Part shown: one piece after another, positions 28,162 through 35,064 of the stretch
Position numbering within the stretch: position 1 is the first letter of the stretch
Layout of the letters: every line of letters begins with the position of its first letter
Source: an archaeon
GTDB taxonomy: Archaea; Thermoplasmatota; E2; UBA202; JdFR-43
Length of the DNA: 35,064 bases
Direction of reading: 5' to 3'
Assembly: GCA_024275755.1 (NCBI GenBank)
Contig: JAJRYN010000158.1
Coordinates: forward strand, 1-35,064
Notes under the pieces: generated by a model
The model's database searches: none
Told to the model about the DNA's origin: nothing
The model's input: only the letters and a program-made list of their open reading frames with translations
Translations under genes and position numbers: made by a program

Positions 28162-30048
28162 ATGAGGAGAGGGAATAAGGAAAAGGGAGAAAGTCTGAAA
28201 AAAGAGCTGGGATTATTTGACATATTTTGTATAGCCTCAGGGGCGATGATTAGCTCTGGATTATTTATTCTCCCTGGATTGGCTTATGCGAAGACAGGCC
28301 CTGCTGTGGTTGTTGCATATTTTGTCGCCAGCCTTTTAATTATTCCTGCCATGCTTTCCAAGGCAGAGCTTGCCACAGCCATGCCAAAAGCGGGAGGAGA
28401 CTACTTTTATATAGACAGAAGTATGGGCCCGGCTATGGGGACTGTTGGTGGATTTGCTGCATGGTTTTCTCTGGCTTTTAAAAGCGCCTTTGCATTGCTG
28501 GGAATAGGTGCTTTCGCTCTGCTGCTTAACCCCGGGCTCACAGAAATACAGATAAAACTTGTAGCTGTTGCATTCTGCGTAATTTTCACAATCGTTAATC
28601 TTTTTGGAGTTAAGCATACCGGAAAGATTCAGATAATTCTGGTTGTCGGTCTGCTGGCTTTACTTGCCTTTTACATTACTGCAGGAGTTTTTCACGTCGA
28701 GCTATCTAAATTCACCCCTTTTACACCCTTCGGCCCGAGTTCCATTTTCGCCACAGCGGGCTTCGTTTTCATCTCTTATGCTGGATTGACAAAGGTTTGT
28801 AGCGTTGCAGAAGAATGCAAGGATCCTGGCCGAACTCTTCCATTAGGAATGTTTCTTTCTTGGGCTGTTGTTTCCTTACTATACATCATGGTTATTTTTG
28901 TAACAGTTGGCTTGGTAGAGTCAAATCAGCTTCAAAATTCCCTCACACCAATTTCTCTTGGAGCAGGAGTTTTTATGGGGAGTATCGGTGTTGCAGTAAT
29001 GGCAATCGCCGCAATCTTAGCCTTTGTTTCTACAGCCAATGCTGGCCTGCTTGCAGCATCCCGCAATCCAATGGCTATGGGTAAAGACGATTTGCTACCT
29101 CGGTTTTTTGCGAAAGTTTCGGAATATGGCACTCCCAAGCTTTCCATAATTTTTACCTCTGCCTTCATGATTTTCGTCATTTTATTTCTTGATCTTGAAG
29201 GACTCGTTAAAACAGCTTCAGCCATGCAACTTATTCTCTTTATGTTTGTGATGCTATCTGTTATTATTATGAGGGAAAGCAAAATAAGGCACTATCAGCC
29301 CAAATTTCGCAGCCCTCTCTATCCATGGATTCACATAACAGGAATTATTGGATATGGATTCATTTTAGTTGAAATGGGTATCATCTCTCTAATCACAATG
29401 GGCATTTTCATCGCCTTTGGTTTCAGCTGGTATATGATTTATGCTCGCCCAAAAATAAAAAGAGAATATGCTCTTCTGCATGTAATAGAAAGAATTACTG
29501 GCATTGAATCAACCGGTTATCTGATGGATGAGGAGTTGAGAGAGATATTGATAGAGAGAGATGACATCACTGAAAAAAGATTTGAAGAGATGATTAAAAA
29601 ATGCCTCGTACTGGATCTTGAAAAAATGTTATCACCTGATGAATTCACAAAATTGCTGGCACATAAACTGGCGGAGGAAATAGGCGCAGATGAAGAAGAA
29701 TTATACAGATCATTTATTAAAAGAGAAAAGGATTCCAACATCGTTGTATATCCAGGCATAGCTGTTCTTTCATTAATCATAAAGGGAAGAAACAAATTTG
29801 ACATTATTTTAGTTAGAAGTAAAAAAGGCATTATATTTTCTGATGAGATTCCGCCAGTGCATGCTCTCTTTGTTATTGTCTCCTCATCCGATCAGCAGAG
29901 CTTTTATTTCCACTCTCTTATGTGGATGGTTCAAATTTCGGAACAAGAAGATTTCGAAAAGAAGTGGCTGAATGCAAAAGACAGCGAGGAATTACGAAAT
30001 ATTATTTTGTCGTCATGGGAAAAACTGAAAAGAGAAAATTTTCTGTAA
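28162..30048 (+). CDS. APC-superfamily permease with C-terminal PTS EIIA-like domain
   Basis: LKKELG..GAMISSGLFILPG, AELATAMPKAGG, about 12 TM segments; C-terminal KREKDS..GIAV..RSKKGIIF..VHALF. TTG 28141 is an alternative start. Confidence 0.85.
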   Translation: MRRGNKEKGESLKKELGLFDIFCIASGAMISSGLFILPGLAYAKTGPAVVVAYFVASLLIIPAMLSKAELATAMPKAGGDYFYIDRSMGPAMGTVGGFAAWFSLAFKSAFALLGIGAFALLLNPGLTEIQIKLVAVAFCVIFTIVNLFGVKHTGKIQIILVVGLLALLAFYITAGVFHVELSKFTPFTPFGPSSIFATAGFVFISYAGLTKVCSVAEECKDPGRTLPLGMFLSWAVVSLLYIMVIFVTVGLVESNQLQNSLTPISLGAGVFMGSIGVAVMAIAAILAFVSTANAGLLAASRNPMAMGKDDLLPRFFAKVSEYGTPKLSIIFTSAFMIFVILFLDLEGLVKTASAMQLILFMFVMLSVIIMRESKIRHYQPKFRSPLYPWIHITGIIGYGFILVEMGIISLITMGIFIAFGFSWYMIYARPKIKREYALLHVIERITGIESTGYLMDEELREILIERDDITEKRFEEMIKKCLVLDLEKMLSPDEFTKLLAHKLAEEIGADEEELYRSFIKREKDSNIVVYPGIAVLSLIIKGRNKFDIILVRSKKGIIFSDEIPPVHALFVIVSSSDQQSFYFHSLMWMVQISEQEDFEKKWLNAKDSEELRNIILSSWEKLKRENFL

Positions 30049-30094
30049 CAATGGAAAAGAAAAAGATTTAACCTTATTCCCTTATTCTCTTTTG

Positions 30095-30499
30095 ATGAGA
30101 CACAGATTTGCCAGAAATTTACTTGGTGAAATTCTCACGGCAAGCAGAATGATAAAAATTGCTTTGCTCATACCTTTTATTGTTTTATTATTTGATGTGG
30201 AAATTTTTTATTACTCCTGGACGAATCAGGAGAGAACCATTCTGATTGCATCTGGCTTTGTTCTTTTCCTTTCCATTTTAGAAATAGTTGCTGTGATTAA
30301 AGAACTTCATGAGCATATAACTAAAGTTAGGAGGCTGGAAATACTGGAAAGAAGGCTGGAAAAAATAGCAAGGGAAATAAAAAACCCGACAGTGAGAAAA
30401 ATTGTTGATAAATTCATGGCAAAATATCCAAAAGAATATACAATAAATGAGGTATATCATGCTGCCTGCATACTGATGGACAATTTAAAGAATAAGTGA
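30095..30499 (+). CDS. Hypothetical membrane protein (2 TM)
   Basis: Two hydrophobic segments followed by a charged helical tail. Confidence 0.7.
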   Translation: MRHRFARNLLGEILTASRMIKIALLIPFIVLLFDVEIFYYSWTNQERTILIASGFVLFLSILEIVAVIKELHEHITKVRRLEILERRLEKIAREIKNPTVRKIVDKFMAKYPKEYTINEVYHAACILMDNLKNK

Positions 30500-30886
30500 A
30501 TAGAATTTTTCTATTAAATGGCGGAGTGTAATCTCTCCTATTATCTTTCCATTTTCAACAACGGGCAAGCGTCGAACATTGTGTTTCTTCACTTTATCCA
30601 AAACATCCTTAATTTTTTCTTCTTTTGTGCAGTAAATTAAATCTTTCTTTGCAATATCTCCTGCAGTCATATCTTCATTGAATTTTTCGAATAAATGAAG
30701 GGCATCATGTTCAGTTATTACACCAACAATATTCATATTAGTCATATCATCAACAACCCATACATAACCACGGGCTGTTAAAACAATTAAAACCATTCTT
30801 ATATCATCGTTCTCACCAACTAAAGGCAGATCCCAGACATGGCCCTGCATCACTTCCTTTACTTGCTGCTCATAAAATTCATCCAT
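30485..30886 (-). CDS. CBS-domain pair protein
   Basis: IVGVITEHD; VRRLPVVENGKIIGEITLRH. Confidence 0.88.
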   Translation of the reverse strand: MDEFYEQQVKEVMQGHVWDLPLVGENDDIRMVLIVLTARGYVWVVDDMTNMNIVGVITEHDALHLFEKFNEDMTAGDIAKKDLIYCTKEEKIKDVLDKVKKHNVRRLPVVENGKIIGEITLRHLIEKFYSLIL

Positions 30887-30918
30887 GATGATAATAATTT
30901 TTTTCTTTAAAAAGAATG

Positions 30919-31440
30919 CTACAGTTCGAAAATCTCCGCCTTATTCTTTTCTATATATAAGATTGCAACACTTTTTATATCTGTAAGATAGCCGCAGCAT
31001 TCCCCAGGATTTATAATGATGGCATTTCCTTCCCTTATTTCTTTTTCATGTGTATGACCATATATAACAACATCATGTTTTGCTGCCAAGGCATCAACTA
31101 TTTCTGGATGATGGGTCATGGCAATGCTTTTTCCGTATATCTCACCAATATATGGATCATTGTAAAAAGCGCCTATGTTCCTGAATCTTTCTTTCAAATA
31201 GAGCTTATCGCCATCATTATTTCCGTATATTAGAATCATGTCACAGTTCAAATTTTTGAAAACCTCAGCTGTAAAGGGCGAGACGATGTCGCCAGCATGC
31301 ATAACAAGCTCAACGTTCTGCTCATTGAAAAATTCAACCGCCTTTCTTATTGCATCCATATTATCATGACTATCAGCAATAATACCAATTTTCGCCTCTT
31401 TTCCTATTTCATTTTCCTTAAAAAGCATTTTTTGCATCAT
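30919..31440 (-). CDS. Metallophosphoesterase (YfcE/MJ0936 family)
   Basis: DSHDN, HAGD, GNND, GHTH, NPGE. Start may be 31440, 31437 or 31428. Confidence 0.88.
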   Translation of the reverse strand: MMQKMLFKENEIGKEAKIGIIADSHDNMDAIRKAVEFFNEQNVELVMHAGDIVSPFTAEVFKNLNCDMILIYGNNDGDKLYLKERFRNIGAFYNDPYIGEIYGKSIAMTHHPEIVDALAAKHDVVIYGHTHEKEIREGNAIIINPGECCGYLTDIKSVAILYIEKNKAEIFEL

Positions 31441-31496
31441 AAATGTAAGCATGGAATTTTTTATAAATTTTTTATATGCGATGCTGTTATAACAAA

Positions 31497-32204
31497 GTGT
31501 TTGGAAAATATGACTTGAACGTCGAATTAAAGGAAGGAGGCATAGAAGTATCAATTACAGGAAAAGGAAAGAAAAAAAGTTACTACAGGAAAGCAGGAGA
31601 GGAGGAAGTAGAAAAAATAATATATGCGGAAGAGGGAAATGTAGTTATATGTCCTGTTGAGCCTGTTAACCTGCCAAATGAAGGAACTTCACAACATTTG
31701 CTGATTGAGCTTGAAAAACCTATCATAATTGAGCCGGGAATTGAAGATGTTTTTTATGTTAAATTTCCCATTGAAGTTGGCGTTTTCCTTATAGATAAAA
31801 AAGATGTCGAGAGAATAGACATTTTCACAATAACAAAACCCAAGTATATCCTATATGGGCCTCCTGAAAGTGGAATAATATGTAAATGGTGGCGAAGCGA
31901 TGCTTTTGGAGAGACACCAGAAGTGAAAAGACTTTATGAGGGCGTGATGAAGGTGGAGGCGAAAAACAATTATTCTGAATGGGTGGAGATAAAAAAGATG
32001 GTATTCAGAGCGCTTGATATGAAATTATTTTACAATGAGCATGCATTCATGCATTCATATCTGGAAATAATGAAAAAAACAATGGGTGAGACATCGTTTA
32101 ATGAAAGAAAGCCTAAAAATATGAAAAGAGCCATTGATATATATCTGGCAAAAGGAATCAAAAGATTGGAAAAGAAATTTGTAATGGAGTGGGGATTCAA
32201 ATGA
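31497..32204 (+). CDS. DUF432-like protein
   Basis: GTG FGKY start; PVEPVNLP, FPIEVGVF, KYILYGPPESG.ICK. Coupled to mscS. Confidence 0.78.
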   Translation: MFGKYDLNVELKEGGIEVSITGKGKKKSYYRKAGEEEVEKIIYAEEGNVVICPVEPVNLPNEGTSQHLLIELEKPIIIEPGIEDVFYVKFPIEVGVFLIDKKDVERIDIFTITKPKYILYGPPESGIICKWWRSDAFGETPEVKRLYEGVMKVEAKNNYSEWVEIKKMVFRALDMKLFYNEHAFMHSYLEIMKKTMGETSFNERKPKNMKRAIDIYLAKGIKRLEKKFVMEWGFK

Positions 32205-33040
32205 ACATTGGGGCTGCTATTAAAGATGTGATTGATTATCAGATAAAGGTGCTGGGAGGAAGAACAGTTGGAGACGTGATATTCTTTTTTGTCATACTTT
32301 TCGTGGCTGTAATAATAGCAAAAATTGTGAGAATCAATATAAGAAGAACTTTGAAGGAAAAAGTGCCCAAAACAACGCTCAATGCTGTTGAAAAAATATT
32401 TTATTATGGCATCATTACAGTTGGCTTTCTGGCTGCATTGCCATATATAGGTGTTGAGCCAACTGGCTTAATGGTTGCTGGAGGGATAGCGGGTATAGTG
32501 ATTGGTTTTGCGAGCCAGACTGTTGTATCAAACTTAATAAGTGGCATTTTCCTGCTTATTGAAAAGCCAATAAAAATTGGAGATGGAGTAAGTCTGGGGG
32601 ATGTTAGTGGCGTGGTTAAAGACATAAGGATTCTTTCAACAACAATAAGGACATGGGACGGAATATATGTGAGGATACCAAATGAGAAGGTTTTCACCTC
32701 CAATATACAGAACTTTGTGGCCCATGCTGCCAGAAGGTTCGAATATAAAATTGGTATTGCATACAAAGATGATGCAGATAAAGCCATTGAAATAATCAAA
32801 AATTTACTGGAAGAGCATCCTTTAATATTGAAGGAGCCGGCTCCCCAGATTTTTGTTGAAGAACTTGGAGAAAGCAGCGTGAATTTAGCAATAAGGATAT
32901 GGGCTCCATCCAGCCACTGGTTTTCTGTAAAAACAGAAATGCTCTGGAAAATTAAAGTAGCTCTGGAAAAAGAAGGCATTGAAATACCATTCCCACAGCG
33001 CGTCATATGGATGGCTGATAAGAAGAAGGCTAAGATATAA
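32201..33040 (+). CDS. mscS: Small-conductance mechanosensitive channel
   Basis: GIVIGFASQ..SNLISG..KPIKIGD, IPNE, GIEIPFPQR. Confidence 0.92.
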   Translation: MNIGAAIKDVIDYQIKVLGGRTVGDVIFFFVILFVAVIIAKIVRINIRRTLKEKVPKTTLNAVEKIFYYGIITVGFLAALPYIGVEPTGLMVAGGIAGIVIGFASQTVVSNLISGIFLLIEKPIKIGDGVSLGDVSGVVKDIRILSTTIRTWDGIYVRIPNEKVFTSNIQNFVAHAARRFEYKIGIAYKDDADKAIEIIKNLLEEHPLILKEPAPQIFVEELGESSVNLAIRIWAPSSHWFSVKTEMLWKIKVALEKEGIEIPFPQRVIWMADKKKAKI

Positions 33041-34094
33041 CAAAATTCTCCAGCACATTGCCTTCGGCATCGATGGAAACGATTCTCATTTCTTCTTCAT
33101 TTACCATAACTTTGCAATAATGGAAAGCTGATGCAGAAAAAATATTCCATGGGCTCCATCCAGCATCTTCGGGAGGGGCTCCGCCTCCGCCTGTTATGAT
33201 ACAATGGATATTTCCTGCTTTCAAATGCTGGTAATAATGCTGATGCCCGGCAAAAACAGCATCTACTCCTGCAAGATAAAAGATGAGCATCCATATCTTC
33301 ATCATGGGCGGTGGATAATGATTGCCCGAAATTAAAGGAGGATGATGGAAAATCACTACTTTCCACTTGCTTTCTGTGCTAATGTCTTTAATGAGCCATA
33401 GAAATTGTGAAAGATTTTGCAGGCGATTGGAATCAAGAAATGTGAAATGGACATTGCCATAATCAAAAGAATACCATCTTTCATTGCCTGGAAGAGAAAA
33501 GAAAAGGACAAAATTATGGATGGGCAAATCGTGATTTCCTACAGCAGGGTATATGCTTTTATTGTGCATCCATGAAGAAATCTGGAAAAATTTCAGCCAT
33601 TGCTCCTCATTTCCTCCATTCCTGACAATATCTCCGGCATGGATGACTATGCTGGCATTCTCCTTTTCAATAACTTTTGCAACTATGGAGGCATTTCTCC
33701 ATCCATCCCACACTCCTCTTGTATCGCCATATACAAGAAATGTGAAATTGTCTGTGGGAGGTATATAAAAGGAATAAATTTGGCTCTCTGCTCCATCAGA
33801 TTCAATTTTATAGAAGTAATGAGTTGATGGCTCGAGTCCGTCTATCCTCACTTCGTGCCATTCCACATTGCTTTCTCCAGCAACCTCATTTTCCAGCTCT
33901 ACTGTTTTTCCCCAGAAAACTGTATTCTCCTCCGTTTTAATATTAGTCCTCCACATTATTGTTATGCCCTCTTCACCAATACCCTGCAGATATGGACCAA
34001 CTATAATTTCAGCATTTTCTGCAGATGTGAAAAGAGGAGAGAGAAAAGTGAAAAGGAGAATAAAAGGAAGAAGTTTGTGATGATGCTTTACCAT
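33030..34094 (-). CDS. Secreted purple-acid-phosphatase-like metallophosphoesterase with FN3-like N-domain
   Basis: Signal peptide; GPYLQ, GLEPSTHY; GD, HAGDIV, GNHD, FHHP, GHQH. Confidence 0.87.
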   Translation of the reverse strand: MVKHHHKLLPFILLFTFLSPLFTSAENAEIIVGPYLQGIGEEGITIMWRTNIKTEENTVFWGKTVELENEVAGESNVEWHEVRIDGLEPSTHYFYKIESDGAESQIYSFYIPPTDNFTFLVYGDTRGVWDGWRNASIVAKVIEKENASIVIHAGDIVRNGGNEEQWLKFFQISSWMHNKSIYPAVGNHDLPIHNFVLFFSLPGNERWYSFDYGNVHFTFLDSNRLQNLSQFLWLIKDISTESKWKVVIFHHPPLISGNHYPPPMMKIWMLIFYLAGVDAVFAGHQHYYQHLKAGNIHCIITGGGGAPPEDAGWSPWNIFSASAFHYCKVMVNEEEMRIVSIDAEGNVLENFVIS

Positions 34095-35062
34095 TATGCC
34101 ACCCTCCATTTCGTTTCCTTTCCCACATCTTCTATTTCTATTCCTGCCTGCCTCAGCTTATCTCTTATCTCATCAGCTAGCTTGTAGTTCTTTTCTTCCC
34201 TTGCCTTCCTTCTAATTGCCAGCAGCTTTTCTATTGCATCTTCTGTTTTATCTTCCTTTATACCATATTCTTCTGCCAGTCTTTTAATTGCTTTCTCATT
34301 CAATTTCTTTTTCTCCTCCTGCAAAAGCGTTAGAACATTTGCTATTTTAATGTATTCATCCAAAGCATATTTACATAGCCTTTCATCTGGTTTTTCCTTC
34401 TCCATCAAAAATTTGTTTGTTTTCCTGACAAAATCAAAAATTACTTCTATGGCTTTTGGCGTATTGAAGTCATCATCCATTGCCTCCTCAAATTTCCTTT
34501 TAAATATTTCCACTGCTTCAAGATATTCTTTTTCCTTTTCATCAAGCTTTCTTTCATCAAATCTGGCATCTTTGCCTGCCAGCTCCTCCAGCTTTTCCTT
34601 TGCCACTCTTAGCCTTTTAACTGCGTTCTCGGCATTTTTTAATGCCTCCTCGCTATAATCAGCAGGGCTGCGATAATGATACGAAGCAAAGAAGAAGCGT
34701 AACACTTCCGCATCCCACTGCTGCAGAGCATCTCTTATGTTTATTATGTTGCCCAGTGATTTGCTCATCTTCTCTCCCCTCACCTTTAACATTCCTGAAT
34801 GGAGCCAGTAATTAACAAACCTTCTGCCATATGCAGCTTCTGATTGAGCAATTTCATTTTCATGATGAGGGAATATTAAGTCCTGTCCTCCACCATGTAT
34901 ATCAAAGGGTATTCCAAGATATTTTGTGCTCATGGTTGAACATTCAATGTGCCATCCTGGCCTTCCATCACCCCATGGGCTCTGCCATTTTGGCTCCCCC
35001 GGTTTGGCTGCTTTCCATAAGGCAAAGTCTTCTGGCTTTCTTTTTTTCTCCCCAGGCTCTAT
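34094..35062 (-). CDS. cysS: Cysteinyl-tRNA synthetase, 5' part outside the window
   Basis: DFALWK, GRPGWHIEC, DIHGGGQDLIFPHHENE, KMSKS, DDFNTP. Confidence 0.97.
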   Translation of the reverse strand: MEPGEKKRKPEDFALWKAAKPGEPKWQSPWGDGRPGWHIECSTMSTKYLGIPFDIHGGGQDLIFPHHENEIAQSEAAYGRRFVNYWLHSGMLKVRGEKMSKSLGNIINIRDALQQWDAEVLRFFFASYHYRSPADYSEEALKNAENAVKRLRVAKEKLEELAGKDARFDERKLDEKEKEYLEAVEIFKRKFEEAMDDDFNTPKAIEVIFDFVRKTNKFLMEKEKPDERLCKYALDEYIKIANVLTLLQEEKKKLNEKAIKRLAEEYGIKEDKTEDAIEKLLAIRRKAREEKNYKLADEIRDKLRQAGIEIEDVGKETKWRVA

Positions 35063-35064
35063 TC

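Noticed and set aside
32404-33006. 200-aa minus-strand ORF and similar antisense ORFs throughout the window
   Set aside because: Antisense shadows of well-supported genes (here mscS) with no recognisable motifs.

Overview
AT-rich archaeal chromosomal window. The gene set (geranylgeranyl reductase, TFS, TrpB2, COG2150 ACT regulator, DUF432, cysS, intron-containing tRNA, many secreted hydrolases) points to a Thermoplasmatota-like archaeon, which is an inference. It holds about 30 CDSs, tRNA-Pro(CGG), an 842-bp IS6 next to a serine recombinase, a frameshifted pepD, and an accessory block (radical SAM, DUF6036-like nucleotidyltransferase with an HTH partner, GGWSQ-type release-factor paralog). 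The most notable signals lie outside or below the ORF track: (1) two mirror-oriented arrays of degenerate ATGAAA-[CA-rich loop]-TTTCAT hairpins flanking an orphan feoA and a GC-rich stem-loop (25861-26849); (2) a tRNA-Thr(CGT) with two introns, one in the T-loop (59/60), both with relaxed BHB junctions; (3) a divergent H/ACA-type guide RNA whose pocket matches 23S rRNA U2580 (E. coli numbering); (4) a 34-bp att/res-like palindrome abutting the recombinase start; (5) a C-terminal Ig-like domain shared by unrelated secreted proteins, plus two gingipain-like proteases with three CWB2-like repeats. All calls were made by eye; no searches or folding programs were run.
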